Numbered from the stretch's first letter, positions 44,788 through 58,296 are shown. The stretch: DNA of 64,000 bases from an uncultured Planctomycetaceae bacterium (GCA_963785305.1 CAWAUV010000007.1:256001-320000); one strand, 5' to 3'. Made by a program: numbers and translations. Notes: generated from the sequence alone by a model not told the origin.

Positions 44788-45789
44788 TCACACGATCTTC
44801 GGCGTGAAGCAGAACACGGGAATAAAGAGCGACGCGAAGCCGATCAGCCGCCGGAACCAGCCCAGCGGCACATGATCGTCGCGCGTCGGCGGATGATCGA
44901 CGCCCATCAGCAGCACCAATACCAGCATCACCACCCACTGGTAATAGTCGGCGATCACCATCGCCGCGATCGCGCTCATCACAAACGCGCGGGCAATCAC
45001 ATGCGCTCTCGCGCCGAACAGGCTATAGAGCACATGTCCGCCATCGAGCTGGCTGACCGGCAGCATATTGAGCCCGGTGACGAGCATGCCCACCCAGCCA
45101 GCCATCAGCAACGGGTTCTTCATGAGCACATGGCCATCTGGCAGGTCGGGCCGCAAATACCAGGTCAATAGTTTGAAGATCAACGGATCGCCCAGCCGCC
45201 AAGAGAGCGGATCGGGCGCGGCGGCGGTGGCGGTTTGAATGCCGACCCAAATCACGGGCGCCGCCGCCAGCAGCCCGGCCCAGGGGCCGCTGAGCCCGAT
45301 ATCGAACAATTGTTTCCGATCGGCCCGGGAACCTTGCATTCCGATCACGGCGCCCATCGTGCCGGTAAGCATCAGCGGCATGGGAAGAAAGAAGGGCCAA
45401 CTGGCGGGCACCCGATATCGCACGGCTTGGAGAAAATGTCCCATTTCGTGCATCGAAAGAATGCCGATAATGGCGAACATATAGACAAGGCCCTGATGCG
45501 CGTGGCTCGTCGCCAGCTCCCAGGCCCGTCCGGGATTGGCGAACAAGGCGCCGGGTCCGGCGTCGGCGGGGTCCCAGCCCACGGCGCCGACGAAAAAGGT
45601 GGAACCGCAGGTGGCGAGGAATAACACGGCCGGGGCGAACACGCGACGCCGAGGCCGGGGCGGCACATAGCGCGCCGGCGCGGCCCACTCAGCCTGGCGC
45701 GGGGCGGGCGCCGGGTCCGCGGCGCCGGGAAGCGATGGCCCCGAAGACGATATTCCAGGCCGCGGCGGAGTAGGCGTCGGCTCGCTCAT
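44788..45789 (-). CDS. Site-2 protease (M50) family membrane metalloprotease
   Basis: HEMGH motif and LNMLPVSQLDGGH. Confidence 0.92.
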   Translation of the reverse strand: MSEPTPTPPRPGISSSGPSLPGAADPAPAPRQAEWAAPARYVPPRPRRRVFAPAVLFLATCGSTFFVGAVGWDPADAGPGALFANPGRAWELATSHAHQGLVYMFAIIGILSMHEMGHFLQAVRYRVPASWPFFLPMPLMLTGTMGAVIGMQGSRADRKQLFDIGLSGPWAGLLAAAPVIWVGIQTATAAAPDPLSWRLGDPLIFKLLTWYLRPDLPDGHVLMKNPLLMAGWVGMLVTGLNMLPVSQLDGGHVLYSLFGARAHVIARAFVMSAIAAMVIADYYQWVVMLVLVLLMGVDHPPTRDDHVPLGWFRRLIGFASLFIPVFCFTPKIV

Positions 45790-45883
45790 GGGATCAGCAT
45801 CGCATTTCGGTGTTCGGTCGCGAGCGTGCGCGCGATCGCGGGCTGCTTGATTCCCAGGCTCGACCTCATTAGAGTAATCGCCC

Positions 45884-47026
45884 ATGAAGATCATCGTCAA
45901 GCCGGTCGAAACGCGTCACGAGCGCGCCCTGTTTTTGGAAGTGCCTTGGACGATCTATCGGCACGATCCGAATTTCATCCCGCCCTTGCGAATCACGCAG
46001 AAGGAAAACGTCGGCTATAAGAAGTCGCCTTTCTACGACGACGCCGAGGCCCGGACCTTTCTTGCCTTGCGGGGCGATGTGGCCGTGGGACGCGTGGCCG
46101 CGATCTTGAACCACGCCCACAATCGGCGCCACAACGAAAAGCGAGGCTTTTTCGGCTTCTTCGAGTCGACAAACGATCATCGCGTGGCGCATGGCTTGCT
46201 CGACGCGGTGCGCGGCTGGTTCGCCGAGCGCGGAATCACGGCCCTGCGCGGGCCGACGAACCCGTCGCTGAATCACGAATGCGGCCTCTTGGTCGAAGGT
46301 TTTCATTCGCCGCCGACCTTCATGATGACCTACAACCCGCCTTACTACGCCGAGCTGCTCGAAAGCTACGGCTTTCGCAAGGCGGTCGACATGTACGCCT
46401 ATTTCGGGCAGGTCGGCATGCTCGCCGGGCTCGACAAGAAACTGGCGTTTATCGCCGAGGAATCCGCCCGGCGGTTTGGCGTCACGGTGCGGCCGATCAA
46501 TAAGGCCCGCTTTCGCCAGGAAATCGAGACTTTTCTGCATATTTACAACGAGTCGATGGCTGGCACCTGGGGATTCGTGCCAATCGGCGCGGCCGAGATT
46601 CGCGCCATGAGCGCTTCGCTCAAGCACCTGATCTTGCCCAATTTGGCGCTCATGGCCGAGGCCGAGGGCAAACCGATCGGGGCCGTGTTCGGCATGCCCG
46701 ACTATAACCCCCGCATTCGCGAAATCGACGGACGCTTGTTTCCCTTCGGCTTTTTCAAGCTCATCAACAAGCGCCGCGGCTTCAAGAAAATGCGGATCAT
46801 CAGCGCCAATGTCGTGCCTGAATATCAAATGTGGGGCGTGGGCCTCGTGTTGCTCAAGGCCCTGGTGCAACCGGTGCTCGACAGCGGAATCACGGAAGCC
46901 GAATTCTCCTGGGTGCTCGAGTCGAACCATCTATCGCGGAGCAGCCTGGAAAAGGGCGGCGCACTGCTCGACAAGACCTATCGACTCTACGATTACGACG
47001 GCGCATCGCCCGATGGCCACGCCTAA
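45884..47026 (+). CDS. GNAT N-acetyltransferase (YghO-like)
   Basis: GRVAAI, GFFGFFES, MTYNPPYY, EFSWVLESN, KTYRLY. Confidence 0.85.
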   Translation: MKIIVKPVETRHERALFLEVPWTIYRHDPNFIPPLRITQKENVGYKKSPFYDDAEARTFLALRGDVAVGRVAAILNHAHNRRHNEKRGFFGFFESTNDHRVAHGLLDAVRGWFAERGITALRGPTNPSLNHECGLLVEGFHSPPTFMMTYNPPYYAELLESYGFRKAVDMYAYFGQVGMLAGLDKKLAFIAEESARRFGVTVRPINKARFRQEIETFLHIYNESMAGTWGFVPIGAAEIRAMSASLKHLILPNLALMAEAEGKPIGAVFGMPDYNPRIREIDGRLFPFGFFKLINKRRGFKKMRIISANVVPEYQMWGVGLVLLKALVQPVLDSGITEAEFSWVLESNHLSRSSLEKGGALLDKTYRLYDYDGASPDGHA

Positions 47027-47323
47027 CCGGACCAAGCGATTCGGCGGCAAAACGCGGCTTGCGTCCATCGGGCTCGCTCGATCGAAGGGGCGAAAAAGTT
47101 GGACTCGCCCGCCCGCGCTTCTTATGATGGACTCGGGCTCGCCGGACTCGGGCTCGCCGGAAAGGGGGGCGTCGGCAAATAACCTCGCGACTCCGGCGAG
47201 AAAACCTCGCGAGCCACGAGCCTCTTTGTTCCGCGCAACCGGATTGCTTCCCGCCGACACGGCCCACGTTGCCGCACCCGCGGCGTTTGGTTCGACATTC
47301 CCCACCGCCCCGACCACGGCCTC

Positions 47324-50313
47324 ATGCGACGCACTCGTTTCGATATCCGCGACAAGCGAGCGGCGAAATTCGTCGGCATTGCATTCACTGGTGAAGTGGT
47401 TCGCTTGGCCGTGATCGGAATCCTGGGAGTCGTCGTCGCCGCGACCGGGGCCTTCGCCGGGCCGCGGGAAGCGCGCACCGCCGAACCGACCTATTCGGCC
47501 GGGTTCGCCGATGGAACTCAAGTCACCGGGGGCCGGCTGCAAGAGTGGCACGATACGTCGGCCCAACCAAAACTCAACGGCGCTCCACTATTCGACGCCA
47601 ATCGGCCGATCCGCTGGCTGCGCATGGACGACCCCGAAGCGCCGATCGCGCCGGCGCGTTTGTCGAATTCACCGGCGGCGATCGACTGCCGGGCCGGGTC
47701 GTGGGCTATGCCTCGGGCCGCGGGAACGCGAAGCGCACGGCGCACTTGCTCGTCGTTCCGCCTGGGCCGCTCGAATTTCCCGGCCAGCGTTCGCGGCCCG
47801 CGGTGCGCGTGGCCCTGGAATATGTGCGACGGATCGTGTCGCGCGCCCAGGCCGGCGACAGTTATGCACCGGCACGCTCTTTCATGCCGATGGCCGCCAA
47901 CTGCGTTTCCGCTCGGCGCGCTGGTCCGACGGCGCGGTCACGCTGCTCCTGGCCACGGGACCCCATCGGATGGCGCTGGGCGAGATCGCGGAACTGCATC
48001 TGCCGCCGCCCGACGGCTGGAACGCCTATTACGATTCGCTCGCCGCGCTCGATCCCGAGTGCACCCAGCGGCTGATGCAGGTCGAGTCGCGCGAGGGGCT
48101 GATCGCCACCGTGTCGCTGGCTCGATTTCAAGCGCGGGCCACGGGCGGGGATCAGCAGCACTGGTATCACATGCTCCAGCCGGTTTGGAGTCTCGACCCG
48201 CTCTGGGCGCGGCACATCACGATCATCGATCGCCGGGTCTGGCAGCCGTGGGAGGTTCCGCTGCCGATCATCGCGCCGCGCCGCGTGGCCGAACGGCCCA
48301 TCTTGGGACTCGGCTATCGCTGGCAAGCCAACGCGAATGTCGAGGGTCAACCGCTTCGCAACGGCGGCAAACGATTCGGCTGGGGCATCGGCACGCAGGC
48401 CGATTGCGAATGGGAATTCGACCTGCCGGCGCTCGTCGTCGGATTTCGCGCTTCGGTCGGTCTCGACGAGATGGCGGGCCTCGGCGGCTGCGCCCGCGGC
48501 CTGATCCTGGCCAACGACGACCGTGGCGCACCGCTCTTCCAAAGCCCTCATCTGATCGGCTCGAAGACCGTGCTCGACACCGGCGCGATTCCACTCGCCG
48601 GACCGCTGGGCGGTCAAAAGACGCTGATTCTAAAGTCCGACATGGCGCACAACGATCGGCCTCCCGGCGCCGATCCATTCGATATTCGCGACCAGCTCGA
48701 TTGGCTCGAGCCCACGGTGTCGCTCGACGCCGACAAACTGCGCGGCGAAGCTCAAGAGCGCGTAAGCCGATCGATTCCGGCCTGGGATGATTGGGCGGTG
48801 TCGCTCGCGCCGCGCGATCCGCAATCCCAACCCGGCCGACTGAAAGTCACGCATCGCTGGGAGGGCCACGACCCGCTGCGCGGCGATTTTCGCCGCCTCG
48901 TCAGCGCCGGCGGTTCGCGGTTGCAACTGACGCGCAAGGCGCGCATCGGGCAATCGCAAAAATATCTGGCGATCTCGGCGAGCCGTCTGCCCGGCGCTCC
49001 CGGCAGTCAAATCCAGGTGCGCACCGGCGACGCCTTGATCGCGAGCTTTCCGGCGCCCGAACGAAGCGACGACGCGCCGGGCGAAGCGCGGCTCGTGCCC
49101 CTGAAGAAGTTCGTCGGCCAAACCGTGCGTCTGGAAACGAGCGATGTTCCCAGCAATGACCAGTGCCAGTTGGATTGGTCGCTCGCGGATTTTCAAGAAC
49201 GCGAAACGCCGCTCGACTGGCGACCGCTCCGAATTCGCGAAGCTCGCGCCGCGAGCGGCGCGGCGCTGGTTCGCCAGCCCGATGAATCGCTCCTGGCCAC
49301 GGGAACCGACCCCGATTTCGATGAATACACGCTCGTGGCCGAAAGCGACTTGCGGGGCGTGACCGGCTTCCGGCTCGATCTGCTCGCCGATCCGCGGCTT
49401 CCCAATAAGGGACCTGGCCGCGGCGGCGATGGGTCATGTCGCCTCGGCGATTTTTCGGTCACGGCGGCGCCGGCCGGCAAGCCGGAGCAGGCCGAAAAAA
49501 TCGCCTTCGCCTCGGCCGCGGCCTCTTGGAGCGACAACGACTGCAACGCCGCGCTGGCGATCGACTCCGAGCCCGACTCCACCGCCTGGAGCGTCTCGGG
49601 TCGCCCAGGCCGCAATCAATGCGCGATTTTCACCACGCAGTCCGACATCGCGTTTCCGGCCACGGCTCGCTATACGTTCGTCTTGCGGCAGCATCGCCTG
49701 GGCCACAGCAATCTTGGCCGCTTCCGGCTGTCGCTGACCCGCGCACCGCGACCGCTGCCGGTCGAACGCCTGGGGCTGATTCTCGAGCCGCGGGCGGCGG
49801 GCGTTGAAACCATTTACGAAGACGATTTGCAGTTCGCTTTCGAGCTGCGCGAAGGCCAAGGCGCCGCCGCGAGCGATGGGATCGACCGCTATTCAGGCGA
49901 TTACTGCATGCGCGTCGAGGGCCAAGGACGATCGAATCCGCCGCCTGCCGGAGCTCTCGGCCCGCATTCGCGAGAATCCCGGCGTCGACGAATACCGCTA
50001 CTTGCGATTCGCTTGGAAAAAATCGGAGGGCAAGAGCATCGGCTTGTCGCTCGCGCATTCGGGAGTGTTCAGCGCCAATGGCGACAAACGCTATCGCTAT
50101 CACGCCGGACCAGGCGGCCCGCTCTTCGACGGCTCGATCGAAGTGGCCGCCGCCCTGCCCGACGAATGGACCCTCGTCACGCGCGATCTATTCGCCGATT
50201 TCGGCGAGTTCGATCTCACGGGCCTGAGCATGTTGGCGATGGATGGCAAATATGCGCTCTTCGATCATGTACAATTAGGGCGAACGGTCCAAGCGCTCGA
50301 CGCGGCGCGGTGA
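47324..50313 (+). CDS. Large secreted protein with NPCBM/NEW2-like domain; frameshifts about 47655, 47880, 49940
   Basis: Signal peptide; GWGIGTQAD..FRASVGLDE NPCBM-like segment; planctomycete-type LLADPRLPNKGPGRG domain. Confidence 0.6.
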
Positions 50314-50391
50314 ACCAGGCGCACGGCGTTCCCCGTGGGCCGCGAAGTTCGCCCGCCGGGCTCCAGTCGGCGCAGTGTCGAGACAAGCATC

Positions 50392-51071
50392 ATGAAACAC
50401 CTCGTGGAGTCCTTGACGGCGGTCGATCCCGACGCTCGAGAGTCCGCGCACCGCGTCAAGCCCGCGATCGATCCGGCGGAGCTTGAAGAACGGCGGATGA
50501 TCGCGGCGGCCCGGAGCGGCGATCGCGCCATGGTCGAGGCGATAGTCCATCGACATCGCAAGGCGATTTTCGGCTATCTCTCGAGTCGGCTCGCGGAGCC
50601 CAGCGACGCCGAGGACTTGGCGCAAGAGGTGTTCTTGCGCTGGTGCTCGGGTCGGGCGAGTTGTCCGGAGGGGCGCGGCTGCGGCCCTGGCTGATCGGCG
50701 TGGCTCGGAACCTGCTCCACGAGCATGTGCGCAACCTCAAGCGCCGCAAGGAAGTCGGCTGGACCGAGCTGTGCTTGCGGCTGGAAGAGCTCGTGGCCGA
50801 TGACGCCGACCCGCGGTTCGACGAAGCGATGGAGCACCTGCCGGCGTGTCTCGATTCGCTCGGCCGCAGCGCCCGCCAGGCGCTGGGAATGCGTTATGAA
50901 ACGCATCTGCGGCTTTGCGAGATCGGTCAACGGCTGCGGCGCAGCGAAGGCGCGGTGAAGTTGCTGATGTTTCGAGCGCGGCAGGCGCTGCGATTGTGTC
51001 TGGAGACGAAAGCCGGCGCGGGCAAATCAGAGTTGGACTGGCGCGCACGACCTGGGAATGAAACTCGCTGA
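50392..51071 (+). CDS. ECF RNA polymerase sigma factor; frameshift near 50670
   Basis: DAEDLAQEVFL, WLIGVARN, EIGQRLRRSEGAVKLLMFRARQAL. Confidence 0.88.
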
Positions 51072-51112
51072 TTGGTTTCCTTGGAGTTCGCCCGATTGGG
51101 CGGTTCGGCGCC

Positions 51113-54100
51113 ATGACGGAAAATGAATTGATCGAATGGATCGAGACCCGCTCGCCCGACGATCTCTCGGCCAAGGAGTTCGCCCTGCTGCAAAAGGGGC
51201 TCACTTCCTCGGCCGAGTTGCGGCAAGCGCTGGCCGAGCGCTTGCGCATCGAACAATATCTGCATGCGTCGCTTGGCGACTCGAATCTCGACGCCACCGA
51301 GATTCTCGCGGCGGCCGAATCCAAGGCCCGCTCGCGACGCGACGCGCGACGCTGGAGCCTGACCGTGGCCGTGATGGCGCTCGTCGGCCTGGCGGCGGGA
51401 TTTTATAGCGCGACGCATTCTCGCGCTCGAAAGAATCCAGCGCCGGCAGCGCGACGCTTGCATCGGCGGACAAATCGCCGACCGACGCTCCTCGATCCGA
51501 AGCGGCGGAACATGAAAGTTCGCGAACCCAGGGGTCGGACAGCATTCTTCGCGCCGCGGAGTCCGGGGCCAAGCCGCAAGCGCCAAGCGATTCCGCCAGT
51601 GCCGCCGTGGCGCTCGCGCCCGGTGCCGCGCCCCAAGCTGGAGCGACATCGCCTCCAGCGCCGCAAGTCAGTCCCGCGCCGCCGCCGTCGGCTGGCCCCT
51701 GGAACTCGCTGGCCACGATCCAGGCCGAACCGGCGCCCGATGAAGCCGATCTGGCCGACGACCTGCTCCCCGAGACATCGGCCCCCAGCGATTCCGAGCT
51801 CAAGAAGTGGTTCGCCACCGTGCCCGGCCAGCAAGCGCAGTATGGAATGCACAATCACTGGAACACGCCCTGCGGCGTGGTTTCGGGCCTTGTGCGACTC
51901 AATTCGCCCTGGGCGCCGGAAGCGGCGCTGCGCATGTCGCTGTTCGACGAAAACCGGCTCCGGATTCATCTCTGGAGCGAGACCGATGGCGTCACGCTGC
52001 AATATCTCGTCCATCAGAATCACGGTTGGTTCGCGTATCGGGCGTCGCGTCAGCCGGGCCACCCCACGCCCGACCGCCTGACGCTCATCGGCGCCGACGA
52101 AGGCCGCAACGCGAAGGTCAACATCAACCATACCGACACCTGCACCGTCGAACTTCGCTGCGATGGCAAAACACTCACGCTCAGCCGCCGGCGGTTGCCG
52201 CTCCTCGAGGTTCCGTTCGAGGGCATGCCGAAGGAAGTGTATTTCGAGGGCAAAGCCGTGGTGCGGCAAATGCAACTCGTCAGGGCCGCCGAGATGCCCC
52301 CGCCGCGAGCGCCAGGCCCCGTGGTCGAAATGCCGGAACCCGCGGCGCAAACCTGGCTCCGCGATTTGGGCGATGGGGCCGCGCTCGAGCCGACCGCCGA
52401 TGGCGGCATGCGGCTCTCGCTCGCCAAGCAAGGCAAAATGGTATGGGCCGCGATGCCCCTGGCCAACGATCGCGTGGTCGAGGTGATCTTGCAACTCGAT
52501 CGCGCGGAGCCCGGAACCGGCGTCTACTTGAGCGACGCCTCGGGCAAACCCCTGGGCGGGCTCGGCTTCTTTCGCGATCAACACACCGGCCGCACCGTGG
52601 TCGCCCACGGGAACCCCAATGAACATCGCTCCGAGACTCGCATCGACCCCAACGATGCCGTCCAGGCTTTGCGCACCCTTCATCCTTGGGTCAAAATGCT
52701 CGTCGGCTGCCGGGTGAATCGCTTTTGGATCAGCGACGATGGCGAACATTGGGCCCGACCTTGCGACCCGTGGACCCAGCAATCGGCCGTGCTCGGCAGC
52801 GTGGGAATGTACTGCGTGCCGGGCGCCGAACCGCGGGCGATCGCCTTGCGACGCTTGATCGTGCGCGAACTCCCGGCCCTGGCGGCGATAGCGCCAATCG
52901 AACTGCGGCGCCAAGCGCCCCTTCCGCCGAACGACATGGTATTGAGCGAATGGCTCAGCGGCGTGTGCGCGAGCCAGCCGCCGGGCGTCGACACCCGACT
53001 CTGGCGCCGGGCCTGCGCGGCGCGGCTGCTGGCGGCCAATGCGGCGCCGAGCGCCGCGTCGGACGCGCTCGAACGCGCTGGTCGAGGACCTGCTCGCCGA
53101 TCCGGCGCACGACTGGCAAGAACAATTGCGAATGCTCGACGAGACCTCGATGTTGCGCAATTGCTGGGAAGACGCGGGGCGAATGCGCCGCGCGGAAGAC
53201 CTCTATGCGCAACTGGGCGCGAGGGCGACAGTCGCCGGCCACGGCGCGGCGATGACCGCGGCGCTCGACGCGCAAGAATCGGCGCCGCTCTGGACCCGAC
53301 TCGACCCGCTCCAGGGGCTCGAAGACATCGACCGCCGCCGGATGCTCGAATTGATCTACGGTCGTCATTGGCCGCAAACCCTCACCCTCGCGCGGCGCCT
53401 GCGACTCGTCCGCCGACTCGATAACGATCAGAAAGCGATCGTCGAATGGGCGATCGGGCTCGCGCCGCGCACGGCGCGACTCGCGGCGCGGCCCGCGCGC
53501 TGACGAATCCCGAGTGGCGGCATCCGCTGGTCGTCGATCTCAGCAAGGAAGCGTACAACGTGCTGGCCGAGCTCGAGGAGGCGCTCGCCGGAAAAGCGTA
53601 TCGCGACGCGTGTCAGGTGATCGCCGCCGCGGGCTCGCAAGGCGCGGGCGGCGTGGGCCTGCTGCCCGACTCACACGACCCGGACCTGCTCCTCTCGTTT
53701 CCCAACGCGGTGCGCAATGCGATGCGCGAGCATCCGCCGCTGGCCGACGCGATGAACGAGCAGTTCGGCGCCGCGGGCCGGCTCCGCGTGCGGCAAGCGA
53801 TTGCCGATGAAGACGCTCCGGCCGTGGAAGCCGCCACCTTGCAATACTGCGGCACGCAGGCCGCCGCGGAGGCGCATCGCTGGCTGGGCGATCGGGCCAT
53901 CGCGGCGGGCGCGTTTGCTCAAGCAATCGCCCACTATGACGAATGCCTCAAAACCGCCTCGAGCGACACCCGGAACAAAGCGCTGGCCGGCTGGGCGCTG
54001 GCTGCCGCCATGACCGGTCGCGCCGCGCCCAGGGCGCGGTTGGGCCGGCCGAGTTTGGCGACCTGCGGCTCACGGCCGCCGAGTTCGCGAAACTGCTCGA

Positions 54101-55891
54101 CGATCTTCGTCAATCGCGCTCGAGCAACGCCGCCACCGCCGCGACCCGCATTGTGCCCGACCCGGTGGCCGAGACCCCGCCGCCCAGCGGTTTCAAGGTC
54201 GAGAACCGCGGCCGGCTCGATGGCGACATGGGCGAAAATCCGCAAAACGCGCCCGGCGAATACCAGCAGGCCGCGATCGACTGGCCGGCCTGGCAATGCG
54301 CGACCGCAGTGGCCGGCGATCGTTGGATCATCAGCAATCGTTTTCAGGTGTCGGCTTTCAACATCAAAAGCGGGCAATACGAATGGCGCGCCATGCTCGG
54401 CGGCGAGCAAGCCAGCGCCCACGATTGGCCGCTCTCGCCGATGCGACCGCTGGTGACCGCCGAGCGCGTGTTTGTTCGTCGACTCACGAAGCAAGGTCCG
54501 GTGCTGGCCGCGCTCGAACTGGCCAGCGGCAAGGTGCTCTGGAGCTCGCGGCCCGAACCAGAAAAGTCGATCCTCTCCGACCCGGTGCTCGTCGAGGATC
54601 AATTGTTCGTGGTCGTCGGCGCCGAGTGGATCAAGAATATCTCGTGTCGCTGGCGAGTTTCGATCCGGCGTCGGGCGCGGCGCTGGGCTCGCGGCCGCTG
54701 GCGCGACTTCGCGAATCCTGGTGGCGGCAGAAAGGCTGCCAGGTCACCCCGCTCGACGATAGTCTCGTGATCGCGTGTGGCGGAAGCGTGCTGCGGGTCG
54801 ACTTGACCGGCCGCATCGGTTGGGCGCGGCGCGATCTCTGGACTCCCGCCGAGGTGGACCGCATGGGCGCGCTCCACGAATCGAGCCCGCCGCTCGTGGC
54901 CGGCGATCGAGTCTATGTGGCCGAGCGCGGAGTGCGCGATGTGCAGTGCATCGAGCTGTCCAGTGGCCGCTTGATCTGGCGAGCGGCCCTGCCCGCGCCG
55001 CGGCGGATGTTGGGATTCGCCGGCGATCGGCTGCTGCTTCAGTCGGAGACGGGTCTTATGGCGCGATCCAGCGCCGATGGCAAGACCCTTTGGCAACATC
55101 CGATTCCCACATCGCCCGCCCCCGGGCCGCCGCTGGCCGGCCTGCTCGACGCGATTTGGCTTCCCACGAAAAGCATGCTCTTGGCGGCGAAGAAAGCGCC
55201 GGCGGGCGACGACAAGAATTTCGTGCCCACGCTCGTTTGGATCGATCCGGCCACGGGCCATGAGGCGTTTCTCGCGCCGCTCGCGTCGCTCAAGCACGAG
55301 CGGCCGAGGTTTGGTCCCCTGGCGCTGGTCGAGGGCCGGCTCTTCGCGCTTTCGGGCCACGGCGAGCAGGAGGCCCAGCGCGACATCGTGGAACTGGTTG
55401 CCGAGGGCGCCGCCTGGCAAGGCGCGAGCGAGAAACAAGCCGACCTGGGACCCTGGCGGCGCGGCGCCGATGCGGCGCTTGTCGAGGCCACGAATTGTGT
55501 CTTTCCGAAATGGACGCTCCTGGGCGGAGCCAACGAGCGCAAGCAGCCTTCGTTGATCGCCGAGTGGCAAGGCGAAACCATGGTGCTCGAGGCTCAGGCC
55601 GTGAGTGGGCGGCCATTTTCGCTCGCGCGGCGCGGACTCGTGCCCGCTGGGTCGCCCAAGCTTGTGATTCGCGTGGCGAGCGACGCGAAGTGGAAGCTCG
55701 AAGCGCTGGCCGGCGAGAAAATCATCGCCAGTCAAACGCTCGACCGCGAATCGACCGGCGGCGGCTGGAAGACGATCGAGCTCAATCTCGACCCGGTGGC
55801 GGGGCAAACCGCGTGGCTGGTCGTGCGCCAGATCGACATCGATGGTTCGCGCCCGGTGGTGAAATGGAAGACGCTCGAAATTCGCGATTGA
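51113..55891 (+). CDS. Very large (about 1590 aa) membrane-anchored protein with PQQ-like beta-propeller repeats; probable anti-sigma/sensor; at least 5 frameshifts
   Basis: Short cytoplasmic N-terminus, one TM helix, then repeats such as [31 protein letters not shown]; directly follows the ECF sigma gene. Confidence 0.6.
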
Positions 55892-55967
55892 GCGCCGCGG
55901 GGACGAGTTCACTTTTGCGTGGGCGGGGGGATTATCTTCTCCTCGGCGGTTCGCTTATAATCACGGC

Positions 55968-56987
55968 ATGTCGATCATCGAAATCGCCGGACTTGCGAAG
56001 TCCTATCGCGTGTATCAGAAGCAAGAAGGGTTGCGGGCCTCGCTGCGGGGACTCTTTCGCCGCACGTATCGCGAGGTGCGGGCGGTGCGCGGGATCGATC
56101 TCGGGGTCGAGGCCGGCGAATTCGTGGCGTTTCTGGGCCCCAATGGCGCCGGCAAAACCACCACGCTCAAGCTGCTCTCGGGCGTGATCAATCCCTCGGC
56201 CGGCTCGGCCCTGGTGATGGGCCATGTGCCCTGGCGCCGCGAAAACGCCTACCGCCGCCGCTTTGCCCTGGTGATGGGTCAAAAGAATCAGCTCTGGTGG
56301 GACCTGCCGGCCCAAGAATCCTTCCGCCTGCATCAACAGATTTACGGCATCGAGCCCGAGCAGTTTCTTCGCCGCCGCGACGAACTGGTTGATCTCCTCG
56401 GCGTGGGCAAACTCTTGGCCCAGCCGGTTCGCGAGCTCTCGCTGGGCGAACGCATGAAAATGGAACTGATCGCGGCGCTGCTCCACTCGCCCGAGGTGCT
56501 GTTTCTCGACGAGCCGACGATCGGCCTGGATGTGATCGCGCAGCACAACATTCAATCGTTCTTGCGGCACTATCAGCAAACGAGCAAGATGACCGTGCTG
56601 CTCACGAGCCACTATATGAAAGACGTGGCCGCGCTCTGCCGCCGGGTGGTGATCATCGCCCAGGGCATGATCATGTACGACGGCTCGCTCACCGGCATCA
56701 TCGATCGCTTCAGCAGCCACAAAATGATCACGCTGGTCTTTGCCGGCGAAACCCTGCCCGCCGGGCTCGAGCGGTTTGGCGAATTGGTCGAGGCCCAGCC
56801 GCCCAAGATCAAACTCCGGGTCGATCGCTCGGTGGTGGCCGAGTCGCTGGCGGGCCTGTTGGCGGAACACACGGTGCAAGACGTGAGCGTCGAGGATCCT
56901 CCGCTGGAAGAAGTGATCGCCGAAATGTTTTCCCAGGCCAGCGCGGGCGCCGCCCATGCGTCGGACGCCGCGCTTGCCGGCACTTGA
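55968..56987 (+). CDS. ABC transporter ATP-binding protein
   Basis: [26 protein letters not shown]. Confidence 0.95.
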   Translation: MSIIEIAGLAKSYRVYQKQEGLRASLRGLFRRTYREVRAVRGIDLGVEAGEFVAFLGPNGAGKTTTLKLLSGVINPSAGSALVMGHVPWRRENAYRRRFALVMGQKNQLWWDLPAQESFRLHQQIYGIEPEQFLRRRDELVDLLGVGKLLAQPVRELSLGERMKMELIAALLHSPEVLFLDEPTIGLDVIAQHNIQSFLRHYQQTSKMTVLLTSHYMKDVAALCRRVVIIAQGMIMYDGSLTGIIDRFSSHKMITLVFAGETLPAGLERFGELVEAQPPKIKLRVDRSVVAESLAGLLAEHTVQDVSVEDPPLEEVIAEMFSQASAGAAHASDAALAGT

Positions 56988-57029
56988 AACGTACGCGAAC
57001 CCCGCCTCCACTCCGGCCCAACCGACACC

Positions 57030-57934
57030 ATGGCCACTGCTCTCATCCACGCCGCCGGCGACCCGCCGCGACTGTCGCTCGCCGGGCGGGCTCGCGTTTG
57101 GTGGACGATCCTGCGAATTTGCATCGAGGAGCGGCTCGTCTATCGCGGCGATTTCGTGCTCGGCGCGCTCATGCGGTTCATGCCGATCGTGACCCAAGTC
57201 TTTCTCTGGGGCGCGGTGTTCGCCGCCGCGCGCACTCAAGAAATTCGCGGCTGGACCGAAAACAAAATCATCGCCTACTACCTGCTCACGATGATCAGCC
57301 GCGCTTTTTCCAGCATGCCGGGCCTGGCCTCGACGATCGCCGCCCAGGTGCGCTCGGGCGAAATCAAGAAATATCTGATTCAGCCGGTCGACATGATCGG
57401 CTTCTTGCTCTTGAGCCGCGTGGCCCACAAGCTGGTGTATTACATCGTGGCCACGCTGCCGTTCGCCCTGATTTTTTATATCTGCCGCGACTATTTCGCG
57501 CGGAGATCGTCACCACGCCCGAGGGAACGCTCACGCTCGGCGGCTGGCCCGACTTGCCGACGTTCGCCGCGTTTCTCGCCTCGCTGTTCATGGCCTTTCT
57601 GCTGGGTTTCTTCATCGAAGCCACGCTCGGCATGATCGGCTTTTGGTTTCTCGAGGTCAGCTCGCTGCTGTTCGTGTATATGCTGCTGAGCTTCTTTCTC
57701 TCGGGCCACATGTTTCCGATCGATCTGTTGCCATCGCCCTGGCTCGAGCTCGTGGAACTGACTCCGATGAAATACTTGGCCTATTTTCCGGCGGTCGTCT
57801 TCCTGGGCAAAACCCATGGCGCCGACCTGGGCCGCGAACTGCTCATCGAACTGGCCTGGGTCCTAGCGTTCGCGGCCCTGGCCCGAGCGACATTTCACTA
57901 CGGCACGAAACGCTACAGCGCCTTCGGCGGCTAG
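57030..57934 (+). CDS. ABC-2 family (DUF990-like) permease; frameshift near 57500
   Basis: Multi-TM; VRSGEIKKYLIQP, FLSGHMFPIDLLP, RYSAFGG. Confidence 0.85.
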
Positions 57935-57948
57935 CCCGCTCCCAACAG

Positions 57949-58296
57949 CTAAAAGCGGCCGCGCTCGGCGAAGCGCCAGGTCGCGATCGCGGGCAGCAGC
58001 AAAAACAGCAAGGGCGCGAAACCGAGCGTGAGCGCCCAGCCGGGATGCTTGGCGAGCGGCAGCCAAAGCATCGGGATTCCGCAGGCGATCATTGCCAGCG
58101 CCCCGAGCTGCACGCATCGCGCGGCATAACGGTTGATGGCGAACCACGCCACGTCGGACTCGAAGGCGCGTGGAATGCGCGCTCCGTACAACGGATTGCG
58201 GCCGATCTTTCCCGCCCGCAGCGGCCAAGCGACCACCGCGATCAGTAGTCCCGCCACGATCCAACTGCCGCCCACGGTCAAACCAACCGGGTCCAT
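57949..58296 (-). CDS. SdpI-family small membrane protein
   Basis: KIGRNPLYGARIPRAFESDVAWFAINRYAA with three TM helices. Confidence 0.75.
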   Translation of the reverse strand: MDPVGLTVGGSWIVAGLLIAVVAWPLRAGKIGRNPLYGARIPRAFESDVAWFAINRYAARCVQLGALAMIACGIPMLWLPLAKHPGWALTLGFAPLLFLLLPAIATWRFAERGRF

